Shown here piece after piece: positions 30,523 to 39,453 of a stretch of DNA of 64,000 nt. The stretch comes from Polyangiaceae bacterium (GTDB taxonomy: Bacteria > Myxococcota_A > Polyangia > Polyangiales > Polyangiaceae): the NCBI GenBank assembly GCA_965222375.1, contig CBDCTZ010000009.1, forward strand, positions 128,001 to 192,000, in the 5' to 3' direction. Numbering within the stretch: position 1 is the first letter of the stretch; every line of letters begins with the position of its first letter. The position numbers and the translations under genes were made by a program. The notes below the pieces were generated by a model that had not been told where the DNA came from, did no database searches, and saw only the letters and a program-made list of their open reading frames with translations.

Positions 30523-30707
30523 GCAAGGTCTCCGGCGCAAGTCGCCGCCCGGGGAAAATCTAGCACGGACCTCAGCTGGAGACAGAATGCCGAGAGAACT
30601 GGCCCCGTGAGAGCGCTGGATCGCGTGGCGCGCTCGATGTGGTCATCGTCAACCCTAGCCAGTGCCGGCGCGTGGGCGACAAGTGCCGATCGCTAGCCTG
30701 GGCTTTT

Positions 30708-30733
30708 GTCGGGGCGGGCAGATTCGAACTGCC
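30708..30733 (-). other. 3' fragment of a tRNA-Pro-like gene; probable genomic island att end
   Basis: GGCAG-TTCGAAT-CTGCC T-arm, then CGCCCCG-A-C acceptor 3' strand; no 5' half upstream. Confidence 0.75.
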
Positions 30734-30990
30734 TCCGCGAAAACCGCGGTCGATCACGCGCAACATGAATGATCTCGCGGTGGTGGCGGTCTGCTCGTCA
30801 CGACGGAACCCGACGTAGGCGGACATGAAAGGGCGGGGTGGGTGGTAATATGTTGGTAATGGGAGCAAACGGAGGTGGCGGCATGCGGCGTGAAACACTC
30901 GAATAGCAAACCGCCTTCTCGCCTTGTTGAAAACCCTAGCCGGAGTTCCTGCTGGAGAGCTTGCCGGTGTCTGCAGCACTGCACTCGCCG

Positions 30991-31329
30991 CTACTCATCC
31001 CATTCCAGTTTGGCACGTAGTTTGGTGGCGATAGTTTCCGCGAACGCTCTGACCACCGCATGTTGTCCGTCCGCTGCCCATATATCTAGTTCCCCGCTGT
31101 CCTCAAAGTCCTCGGTGGGCTTTATCACCCCGATACCACTGGGTTTCCCGCCGATCACTATCTTCACTTCGCCTGCAACGGGCTCGTAAACGCCAAGTTC
31201 ACCTCCTCGGAACACGTTCTCAAACGTTATCGTGGGTGCCGGGGCAAGCTCATCTGTCTCGGACACCAGCCTCAGCCATTCATCGAGGGTGATGATTGGT
31301 TCTCTGCTGATGATGCCAACCAAAGCCAT
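30991..31329 (-). CDS. Small acidic protein, probable orphan immunity protein
   Basis: 112 aa 'ITLDEWL..V....EL'; lower GC; last gene of the toxin/immunity array. Confidence 0.5.
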   Translation of the reverse strand: MALVGIISREPIITLDEWLRLVSETDELAPAPTITFENVFRGGELGVYEPVAGEVKIVIGGKPSGIGVIKPTEDFEDSGELDIWAADGQHAVVRAFAETIATKLRAKLEWDE

Positions 31330-31467
31330 ACCGTTATCCTACCACCTTGCTCCAACGACAATCGGCCCTCACAGTCCCGCGTCATTGCGCGGCTCCCTTC
31401 TTCCTCGGCGCCGGCTTCGGCGGTTCGCGGGGTTGGTGTGCGTCCACCACCCTCGCCAGAAGGTAGC

Positions 31468-31983
31468 TCACTTCTTCTGCTGCTGCCTCGGCTGCGGATG
31501 TGCCTTGGTGCAGGCCTCGAGCTTTTCGAGCTGCGTGCACGTGTCGTACGCCGCCGACAGCCTGCCTGCTGGGACGCCGTTTATGAACTTGGTGACATCA
31601 TCTGGCGATGGCTTGTCAGCGAAGGCTCGGTACCATTCGAAGCCGGCGCCCTGCCCATACGCTCGGGGTGCGCCCCAGTGGCGACCATTGACACCCGACA
31701 CCACCATTAGGAGATACTTATCCCGGCCGGTACGGCTGATGCGGACCCAAAGCCCCGCGTCCTGAAGTTCCGATTGTACGCTTGGCCAGAAGAAGGCGCC
31801 GTACGAGTGCACGCGCGCCCCAGCAAACTCGGTCTCATCTACGACCGCGCGAACCTGCGCATCCTCGACGCAAAGCGGCGGCTTCGAACACTCAGACCGC
31901 ACGAAATGAGCGACACAGAGCGCGATGGTCAGTCCCGCGATCGAAGCTCCAACAGCCACGAGAATTGCGAGTCGACGATTCAC
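31468..31983 (-). CDS. Probable immunity protein for Rhs-CT-B (N-terminal TM/signal)
   Basis: GTGA overlap with the toxin stop codon; hydrophobic N-terminus. Confidence 0.6.
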   Translation of the reverse strand: MNRRLAILVAVGASIAGLTIALCVAHFVRSECSKPPLCVEDAQVRAVVDETEFAGARVHSYGAFFWPSVQSELQDAGLWVRISRTGRDKYLLMVVSGVNGRHWGAPRAYGQGAGFEWYRAFADKPSPDDVTKFINGVPAGRLSAAYDTCTQLEKLEACTKAHPQPRQQQKK

Positions 31984-32913
31984 TTTGCGCGCGGCGCTTT
32001 CCAGTCGCCCGTTGTCTTCACGACGAGTTCACTGAAGCTTGGCACACGAGTCTGACCAAACAAGTCTTCGTTGGTTTCCTGTTGCAGTACCGTCGGCAGT
32101 CGGTCCAGCGCGATCGCGTCCTGTGCCTTGCTGCGAGGGGAACTGGTTGTGTAGCCCACCGGAGCAACCTGCGCGTGACGGATGGCAGCGTCATACCTGG
32201 CCTTTGTCGATTGGTAGTTCGTGACAGCCATCCCTGGCGATCGCTTGTGCAGATGTCCGGAACGATAATGGTAGAGTACATCACGCTGCGCCTGGAAGTA
32301 TGCGGAGGACACCCGGCCTGCGTAGCCCGCAATCATCTCGTGAGCCAGCGTCGCCTGTTGGTGATACGTCTTTGCCTTGCCTCCCGTGGACAACCTCACG
32401 GACGCGACCGCCTTCCTCGCGTCGGCCCACCATTGGGTCGACTTGGTCTGGGTTAGGTACATGTGAAAGTTCTCGTGCATGAACAACCCAAATACAGCAG
32501 CGTCGCCGCGGCGAAGTCGTTTTGAAGCGTCCGTGCTCATGGTTGCCATTTGATTTATTGCTCGCTGATTGAACCCAAGCTTGAATCGCGACTGCGCGCC
32601 CCATCCTCCATAAGGTACGGTCTGACCCCGGTTCTTAGTTCCGGGAAGAACAAATGTCTCTCGAATAGCTGCTCGTGTCTTCTGTGTTCGCGCAGTGGAG
32701 TGTCCGAGCTTTATGAGCGCGATCTCAAACGTGTCCCAGGCGTCCGACTGCGTGTACGGGGTGTCCTGCAGTCCAACTGGGTCCACGTTCTTCAGTGCCC
32801 TCCCGCGAACATATGCGTAACCGTTTGCGTCGGCTTGCCCGGGCGCGTGAACTTCCAACGGATCCGCACTCACCCACCGCTGCAAATTGGTGCTCAAGAA
32901 CCGCTTCCCAAAG
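31980..32913 (-). CDS. Orphan Rhs core tail plus C-terminal toxin B (HExxH zinc-protease-like), no clear start
   Basis: FGKRFLSTNLQRWVSADP...YAYV...DPVGL cleavage motif, then 'FMHENFHMY' and a downstream 'HE'. Confidence 0.75.
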
Positions 32914-33109
32914 AAAGTGGTCTCTGACGCAAACGTCGTACGCGCAGCTCCGATTTGTCGGGCGCGTTCGGCAGCTTAGAAACTCAACGACCTGATGCGA
33001 GGTCCCGCTCTGCGGCGAAAATCCCCTGACGCGTGTTTGAGCTTACACGCGCTTCTTCGTCGACGCGAGACTGGGTGCGCAGACGCGTTTTGAGACGTGA
33101 TTCTGGCGG

Positions 33110-33418
33110 CTAAGTGGAGAAGTCGGGTTGCTTCTCGCCGATGGCATTCCAAAGCGTGATGACGCCGACCACGCTGCGGGCCTCGTCAACATGGAAGTAC
33201 ACAAAGTTCCGCGTCTTCGGCATCAACACGCGCCAGACTAGCTGTCCTCGCACTTGCACGTAGCGCTGCGCCCCGACCGTGGGAGAGGTGCGCAACCTCG
33301 CCACGACAGCACGCAGTTCCTCACGGAAGAGGTCGGGCGCCTTGTCCCGGTGCGCCTCCCACCACTGTCGTTTGTCTTTTGCGGCCTCCCGCGCTTCACG
33401 GGAGAAGTGGACGATCAC
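33110..33418 (-). CDS. RelE/ParE-family toxin (variant 1)
   Basis: 102 aa, 'IVHFSREA...WW...LF..EL...R..LMPKT...VYF.V' RelE/ParE-like pattern; coupled to the antitoxin. Confidence 0.7.
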   Translation of the reverse strand: MIVHFSREAREAAKDKRQWWEAHRDKAPDLFREELRAVVARLRTSPTVGAQRYVQVRGQLVWRVLMPKTRNFVYFHVDEARSVVGVITLWNAIGEKQPDFST

Positions 33419-33420
33419 GT

Positions 33421-33660
33421 TCAGCGCTCGAGTTCCGCGAGCACTTCGTCGGCGTCGACGACTTCGCCGCGCTCCAATTGCCCGAGACCGCGTTCAATTG
33501 AGCGATGCAACTCGGCGCGCTCCTTGTCGCTCAGCGAATCGCCCTCGGAGTTGCACAGATACACGGTCACGGGCATGCCATTGGTGAGTTCCGCCGGTTC
33601 GTCGAGGACAATCTGCCCGTTCTTCACATGTGCTTTGAGCGCGTTCACGAGAGGGAGCAT
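33421..33660 (-). CDS. Antitoxin (variant 1)
   Basis: 'KAHVKNGQIVLDEP.EL..G..V.V' beta-rich N-terminus with acidic C-terminus 'GEVVDADEVLAEL'. Confidence 0.65.
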   Translation of the reverse strand: MLPLVNALKAHVKNGQIVLDEPAELTNGMPVTVYLCNSEGDSLSDKERAELHRSIERGLGQLERGEVVDADEVLAELER

Positions 33661-33858
33661 AGCACCTAGCCGCCCGTTGTCGGGGCCGCTTGCAACAAGG
33701 TCGCATCGCGTGGGGGCGGGCGGGCGCACCACGACGCCACGAGGTCAGCGCGGCGGGGCGGGGCCGCCGCGCTGACCGGGACGTCATCGCAGGCACCAGC
33801 GCGTGCAGTGGGGCGTGCACGCGACGCACACCGGGGAGCGCAGCCCCCCAGCGCGAGG

Positions 33859-33882
33859 AAACATAATTCTCTTGTTATGTTT
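33859..33882. other. dif-like palindrome AAACATAA-N8-TTATGTTT
   Basis: The right arm TTATGTTTAG resembles the XerD arm of dif; repeated at 41358-41381. Confidence 0.55.
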
Positions 33883-34014
33883 AGCGAGCGAGGGCACCCG
33901 GCGGCGTGGGGCTTGCCAGACGTCAGCTACAACCTTTCGGGGTAGCGACCATCGGGGGCGTAGGGGCGTAGCCCCTGACCCGCCCACCGCAGGTGTGCAA
34001 GCCCCATGACGCCG

Positions 34015-34049
34015 GGCGGTGCGCATAAGGCTGCCTTATGCGCACCGCC
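34015..34049. other. Perfect 35-bp palindrome with two GGTGCGCATAA (XerC-arm) halves
   Basis: GGCGGTGCGCATAAGGC-T-GCCTTATGCGCACCGCC; repeated at 41514-41548 with a central A. Confidence 0.7.
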
Positions 34050-34104
34050 GAGCGAGCGACTCGCGCTGGGGGGCGGAGCGGCAATTGCGTGCACGCGGCG
34101 ACCG

Positions 34105-35208
34105 CTACTCGTCGTCCTCGCGGCGCTGCGTGGCGGCTAAGGGCGAGGAGCATTTCTCTGCCGTAGCCGTCTGCGACGCCCTCGGTGGCCGTGATGGCTC
34201 GCGACGTCCCGCCGTCTTGGCCAGCGGGCGCTCTGGCTGCGCCGTCGGGTGCGTCGCCGCGTGGATCGCTTTGAGCTTGCGGATGCTCACTCGCGTGTAC
34301 ACCTGCGTCGATTCCAGCGACGTGTGCCCCAGCATTTCCTGCACGTAGCGCACGTCGGCGCCTCCCTCGAGCATGTGCGTGGCCATCGCATGCCGAAACA
34401 CGTGACACGCTCCACGCTTGCCAGCTTTGCGCACGTAACGCCGGATGTTCTGCGACAGCCCGGGGGGCAACAGCGCCTCGCCCATGTTCGTTAGGAAGAG
34501 GGCGCCGGGATCGGGCATCACCATCAGCTCGGGGCGCACGTCGCGGATGTAACGCTTCGCCCAGGCCAGCGCTCGCTCTCCCACCGGCAACATCCGATCT
34601 CGCTGCCCCTTGCCCTCACGCACCATCAGCGTCCCACGCTCCACATCCAAATCGCTCAGCCTGAGGGCGGTCACTTCGCTGCGACGGATCCCCGTCGAGT
34701 ACATCAGCTCCAAAATCGCCCGGTCTCGCACTCCGAGCGCTGTGGCGGTGTTCACCTGGGACAGCACTTCCTCGACTTCTTCTGCGCTCAGCACATCCCG
34801 GGGCAATCGCTGCGGCAGCCGTGGAAGCTCCAGCTCGCTCGCAGGATTCGAGGGCAGGGCGTTTTGCTTCACCATCCACCGAAAGAAGCGCCGCACCGCC
34901 GTCAGCATCACGTGCTGCGTCCGAAACGACATCTGCGGGCCTCCGTCCGGCCGCCTGAGCAGGTACAAATGCCTCTGGTAGCGCTCCAGCATCGGCTTCG
35001 TGAGCTGCGACGGCCGATACAGGTTGCGGGCCTCGCACCACTGCACGAAGCGCCTCAGCCCGATCTGACGGCTCTCCACCGTGTGCGCCGAGTAGTTCCG
35101 CGTCTGCAGCCACTGCAAGAAGCGCTGCGACCAAATCCAAAACCCGTCCGGCTCGTTTGGATCACCAATCGGACGCGGGGGCTGCTTGTTGCCGCGCTTG
35201 ATCGGCAT
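34105..35208 (-). CDS. XerC-like tyrosine recombinase (unit 1)
   Basis: RDRAILELMYSTGIRRSE, GKG, HVFRH, LGH and TQVYT catalytic residues. Confidence 0.92.
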   Translation of the reverse strand: MPIKRGNKQPPRPIGDPNEPDGFWIWSQRFLQWLQTRNYSAHTVESRQIGLRRFVQWCEARNLYRPSQLTKPMLERYQRHLYLLRRPDGGPQMSFRTQHVMLTAVRRFFRWMVKQNALPSNPASELELPRLPQRLPRDVLSAEEVEEVLSQVNTATALGVRDRAILELMYSTGIRRSEVTALRLSDLDVERGTLMVREGKGQRDRMLPVGERALAWAKRYIRDVRPELMVMPDPGALFLTNMGEALLPPGLSQNIRRYVRKAGKRGACHVFRHAMATHMLEGGADVRYVQEMLGHTSLESTQVYTRVSIRKLKAIHAATHPTAQPERPLAKTAGRREPSRPPRASQTATAEKCSSPLAATQRREDDE

Positions 35209-35211
35209 CGC

Positions 35212-38200
35212 TCAGCGCCCCCGTGCTTGTACGACGCCACTTGCGTACGACGATTGTGACAGACCGTTCCCGCGACGTGCGTTTTTGCCGCTCGCGGCGT
35301 TGCGATCACCATTCGAGCTGTTTTGCTCCTGCGCCGCCCGGTTTTCACCACCCCGACCACCCCCCGACCGGGGGCCGACCAGGGGCCGACCGACCCCCGC
35401 GAAGTTGGGGTCCGACCCCCGCGAAGTTGCCCCGGACCCCCGCGAAGTGTGCGTCGTAGACGACGCGTCGAGTCCTTCCGCATCGACGAGACCCGCAAGC
35501 GACGTGCCTGCGCCCTCCTCGCTGCTCCAACACAGCTCGTACACGTAGCTTTGACCCTGACGCCCACGATGCACCAGCACGTACTCCAGCTCCGCCAGCC
35601 GCCCCAGGTGCACCTTCAGCTGCGTGTCGCCCCAGCCGCTGTGCTCTCGCAGCTCTCGGCGGCTAAATCGATAGTCGCACCGGTCCAAGCCGAGCCGCTT
35701 CGTCTCCTGGGCGACCAGCGCGTCGACGAGGCCGAGCAAGCGCCGCGTTTGCGGCGGCAGCTCGTCCAGGCTCCGGCCCAGCACCTCGCGGGTCAGGCGG
35801 TTCGCTAGCTCGATGTCCTCGCGCGTCACCTCCACATACCTCAGCTTCGCTCCCCGATGCTCCACCTCCTGCACCGGCCGCTGGTACTGGTGCAGCAGCG
35901 CGATCGTCTCGATCAGACCCAGGTACTTCGTGTGATCTCGACGCATCCGTGTTCGATGATCTGGAAACGTCAGCTGCTCTGCGTAGGGATTCACCACCGA
36001 AAGCGGCCTCAAAAGGCGTTGAGCGTTCTGGTGCAGTTCCAGCAGGCGTGCCCGCTCGTGCCGGGTCTTCACTCCCTCCAGCGTCCGTAGTTGTCGCTGA
36101 CGCTCGTGGATCGCTCGCGTTTGCTCCCGCCCCTCGTCCACCGTCAGCACGATGCAGCGGTTGAGCAGCTCTTCGTCTACCTCGATCGCCGTCGTCGTCA
36201 AGAAGATCATCACCGGCCCCTGCACCCGGTACTCCTGCGTCACCAGCCGTCCCGTCGCGGGATCTTTGCCCGTGCTTGCGATGGTGAGTTCGCCTTCGCT
36301 CTGCAGCAGCTTCAGCGCGTAGCTCGCTCGCTCGGCGCCCTCTTCCTCCACGATGGCCAAGATCTTGTGCGCCAGATCGCTCTCGCCCATGTAAAACAAG
36401 CTCTGCCCCGTCATCGCCGAGTACTGCACCCGCTCTTCCTCGGGCATCAGACACAGCACCGCATCCATCAACGAGCTCTTGCCCGCCGCGCTCGAGCTTT
36501 GGATGATCACCGCCAGTGGCTCATCCAGTTTCCGGCTGGTGGCAGCTAAGTAGCCGACGAGTTTGTTCGTTTGCTCGCCCACCACTCCGCAGCGCTGGAA
36601 GTCCTCCAAGATCCGCTCGACCAATTTCGGATCTCGCAGCAGCTCCAGTGCTGCCTTCCGAGCCACATCGCCCATCTGCGCGGGCTTCGCCTCGGCCTCG
36701 GCGGCTTTGCGCTCGGCTTCTTGCCGCTCCTCGAGCTTCAAGAGCACCGCGCCCAGCTCCCGCTTCACCACCCGCTCCTCCAGGCCCAGCTCTGTCGCCG
36801 CTTCCTTCGTGAAGACGCCGCGCTGCCTCGCCGAGTACAGCTCCACCGTGTCCACGTGAAACGCCCCGCCCGCTCGCGAGACGTGGAGGTTCGTGCGTAG
36901 CTGTTCCGGGCCTCCCTTCGACGCCAACCGTACTCGCCAACGTCGATCGCCAAATCGAAACACCAGGTCATCACCCACCACCTCCAGCTCCACGCTCGGA
37001 TTTGCAGCTAAGGAGGGATGGGGTGGGGGCGGACTTGCTGGCGGCTGCTTCGCAATGATCACCACCTCGGCTTCGTTGACTTCGGCAGGCTGTGTGACTT
37101 GTCGCTCTGTCAACTCAGTCGGCTCGGCTGCAGCCGGCCGTGGTTTGCCTTCGCTGATCCACTCCGCCTGACGCAGCGAAAGGCCCAAGCTCTGCGACGC
37201 CGGCGCCACCTTCAACGCGTACTCGTTGGCGTCCATGCCCTTCGGAAACAGCACGCGTGCGCTGCCCACTGACAGCTCCGCCAGCTCTCGCGACAGCTTG
37301 TCTGCTGCGCGATCGCCGGCGTCGTCCCGATCGTAGGCGATGAGCACGCGCTCGACACCGCGCGTCGTCAGCGCCGTGCGCAGCTCATCGGTGAAGCCCT
37401 CCACGCCGTAGGCCGTCGTCACGTTCCGATAGCCTGCGCACCAGAAGGTCAGCGCGTCGATCAGGCTTTCGCAAAGAATCACTTCCCGGGCGTCTGCAAT
37501 GCCGGAGAGGTTCCAGACGCCGCGATGGGGGCCGGGCAAGTACAGGTGCATTGGTGTCCCCGGACGCAGTCGAGGCGTGATCTTACGCCCGTACATCTCC
37601 ACCACCTGACCCTCGGCGTCGAAGACCGGAATGACCAGCGAGCCATTTAGGTGCTCGTGACCGCTCTGTCGGTACACACCGACCTCCGCCAGCCGCCTCC
37701 GTAGCTCTCCGCCCCGGTGGCGGTTCTTCGCTGGCAAACGGTAGCCTAGCGTGCGGTTCGAGAAGCCAAGCTGGAAGCGCTCGATGGCTTCGTCGTTTCT
37801 CAGACCGCGCTTTTCCAAGTACGCCAGCGCCTCCGGGCTCTCCAACAGCGCTTGGTGGTAGTAGGCGACAACCTCGCGCAGCAGCTCGTCGTTGTCCGCG
37901 CTCTGTGCTCCCACCACCGGCAGCTTCCTTGCCGTGCCGTACTTCGGCGGCCGTCGCTTCGGCGACTCTGCAGCTAAGGAGGGTAGGTCCTTACGCAGCA
38001 CTTCCACCGCGTGCCGAAAGCTCACCCCCTCGGCCTTCATCACCCAATCGATCACTGTCCCGCCCGCCTGACACGCTCCCAGGCAGTGCCAGAGGTTCTT
38101 CTCGGGCGTCACCACCAGGCTTGGCTCTCGGTCGTCGTGAAACGGGCACAGCCCGATCAGATCCGAGCCGTGCTTCTTCAGCGCCACGCCCCGCGCCTCC

Positions 38201-38265
38201 GCGAGCCGCTCCACCGAAATCTCTCGCTTCAAAGCCCGGATTTCTTCCTCGCTTACTCTCGCCAT
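35212..38265 (-). CDS. DnaG-like CHC2 zinc finger/Toprim primase fused to a P-loop ATPase (putative helicase), unit 1
   Basis: CPFH...WHCLGAC zinc finger, 'CESLIDAL' and 'AYDRDDAG' Toprim motifs, Walker A SSAAGKSS. Confidence 0.85.
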   Translation of the reverse strand: MARVSEEEIRALKREISVERLAEARGVALKKHGSDLIGLCPFHDDREPSLVVTPEKNLWHCLGACQAGGTVIDWVMKAEGVSFRHAVEVLRKDLPSLAAESPKRRPPKYGTARKLPVVGAQSADNDELLREVVAYYHQALLESPEALAYLEKRGLRNDEAIERFQLGFSNRTLGYRLPAKNRHRGGELRRRLAEVGVYRQSGHEHLNGSLVIPVFDAEGQVVEMYGRKITPRLRPGTPMHLYLPGPHRGVWNLSGIADAREVILCESLIDALTFWCAGYRNVTTAYGVEGFTDELRTALTTRGVERVLIAYDRDDAGDRAADKLSRELAELSVGSARVLFPKGMDANEYALKVAPASQSLGLSLRQAEWISEGKPRPAAAEPTELTERQVTQPAEVNEAEVVIIAKQPPASPPPPHPSLAANPSVELEVVGDDLVFRFGDRRWRVRLASKGGPEQLRTNLHVSRAGGAFHVDTVELYSARQRGVFTKEAATELGLEERVVKRELGAVLLKLEERQEAERKAAEAEAKPAQMGDVARKAALELLRDPKLVERILEDFQRCGVVGEQTNKLVGYLAATSRKLDEPLAVIIQSSSAAGKSSLMDAVLCLMPEEERVQYSAMTGQSLFYMGESDLAHKILAIVEEEGAERASYALKLLQSEGELTIASTGKDPATGRLVTQEYRVQGPVMIFLTTTAIEVDEELLNRCIVLTVDEGREQTRAIHERQRQLRTLEGVKTRHERARLLELHQNAQRLLRPLSVVNPYAEQLTFPDHRTRMRRDHTKYLGLIETIALLHQYQRPVQEVEHRGAKLRYVEVTREDIELANRLTREVLGRSLDELPPQTRRLLGLVDALVAQETKRLGLDRCDYRFSRRELREHSGWGDTQLKVHLGRLAELEYVLVHRGRQGQSYVYELCWSSEEGAGTSLAGLVDAEGLDASSTTHTSRGSGATSRGSDPNFAGVGRPLVGPRSGGGRGGENRAAQEQNSSNGDRNAASGKNARRGNGLSQSSYASGVVQARGR
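35353..35448. repeat. Iteron-like repeats in the primase 3' end
   Basis: CCGACC x4 at an 11-bp period (35353, 35364, 35375, 35386) and GACCCCCGCGAAGT x3 at 22/21-bp spacing (35392, 35414, 35435). Confidence 0.7.
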
Positions 38266-38417
38266 CTCACGCTCCCGCAGAAAAAGGCTGTCAAGTGCAA
38301 AGAGCAACTCGACGGTACTTGTTGACGGGATCATGGATTACATAATATTTTGTAAACGTGCAAGCGCGTAGTCCTCCCCGACCAGGGCTTTGTGAAACCC
38401 ACCCTTACACTCAGGGC

Positions 38418-38789
38418 ATGGGTCGAAAGCTCTCTACCCGCCGTCCAAGGCAGGGCGCCAAGCTTGCCTCGCTTCGCCGCGACGCCGGTCTCACCCAAAC
38501 CGAGCTCGCCCGCCTCGTCGGCGAAAAGCAGCAAACTATCGCCTACTGGGAGAAGAGCAGCAGGCCCCCTCGCTCGGATGTCCTACCCAAGCTCGCCAAG
38601 GTTCTCGGCGTCCGCATCGACGATCTGATCAACGAAAAGCCCTCGCCGCCCAACCAGCGTCCGCGACCGAGCGGTGGAAGAGTGCAGAAGCTCTTCGACG
38701 AGGTTTCCAGGCTCCCCAGGCGCCAACAAGACAAGGTCGTCGAGTTCGTTTCCGCCTTCATCGAGCAATACAAGCGTCAGGCGAGCTAA
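38418..38789 (+). CDS. XRE-family HTH repressor divergent from the primase (unit 1)
   Basis: 'GLTQTELARLVG..QQTIAYWEK...P...LPKLAKVLGV'. Confidence 0.88.
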   Translation: MGRKLSTRRPRQGAKLASLRRDAGLTQTELARLVGEKQQTIAYWEKSSRPPRSDVLPKLAKVLGVRIDDLINEKPSPPNQRPRPSGGRVQKLFDEVSRLPRRQQDKVVEFVSAFIEQYKRQAS

Positions 38790-38829
38790 CCGGCAGTGCA
38801 AATCTGCACGCCACCATCCACGTCACTGG

Positions 38830-38953
38830 CTGGCTAATGCGGCCGTTAGGCCAGACGGCGCCGGGGGAGTCCATGCTCGGATCGAGTTCAGCGTGAGCGG
38901 CCGACTGCGTCGATGTTTGGCGCTGCGCCGCAGGCCAACGAAGCATTAGCCAG
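38830..38953 (+). other. attC-like imperfect long inverted repeat
   Basis: CTGGCTAATGC...GCATTAGCCAG outer arms; inner CGTTaGGCC/GGCCAACG arms with an extrahelical base. Confidence 0.45.
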
Positions 38954-39081
38954 ACTCAATCTGTCGACTCGAGACCGCGCTTGCGCGCTCCACGGCTCGC
39001 CCCGCGCCGGACTCATGAGCGTCCGCCGCGGGGCTGGGAGGCGAGCACACACGGCTTGAGCGAAGGAGGGAACCAAGCTCA

Positions 39082-39447
39082 TCAATGTTCGTCTTCGAGG
39101 CGCTGCCTCCAATTCGCCAGTTCGCGTGCTGCGTCCACATTGTCGTCGCGCGGACTAACAACATTCTCCGCGTCAAGGGCGTTGACGCAAGTGGTGGGTG
39201 TATCGAGAAGCTCGTCTACCCCCTCAGGAACAAACCGGATCTCGTGGTTCCGGTGGCGGATCAGAAACCCCTCAACCACACGTCCGAAAAATTCATCTCG
39301 CGTCCTCCAGCGCTTCTGCTGCGAATCGTACACACCATCCATGGTTGTCTCAGGCAGCTCCGATCCGTCGCTAGAGACGCGATACACCTTCCCAAACGAC
39401 AGGTAGCTTCGACAGTCAAAACAGAGAAGATGGTAGGTGCTAGCCAT
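39082..39447 (-). CDS. Probable immunity protein for CT-A (unit 1)
   Basis: Starts 6 nt after the toxin stop with a GAGGA RBS; 121 aa. Confidence 0.7.
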   Translation of the reverse strand: MASTYHLLCFDCRSYLSFGKVYRVSSDGSELPETTMDGVYDSQQKRWRTRDEFFGRVVEGFLIRHRNHEIRFVPEGVDELLDTPTTCVNALDAENVVSPRDDNVDAARELANWRQRLEDEH

Positions 39448-39453
39448 AGTTCC

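Noticed and set aside
30708..30733. Complete tRNA gene
   Set aside because: No D-arm or anticodon arm upstream; only the 3' 26 nt are present.
34105..35208. Integron integrase or housekeeping xerC
   Set aside because: It lacks the IntI-specific insertion before the HxxR box. It is duplicated and coupled to a primase in a mobile unit, so no gene symbol was assigned.
35212..38265. Housekeeping dnaG
   Set aside because: It has a fused P-loop ATPase, occurs twice and sits in an element context.
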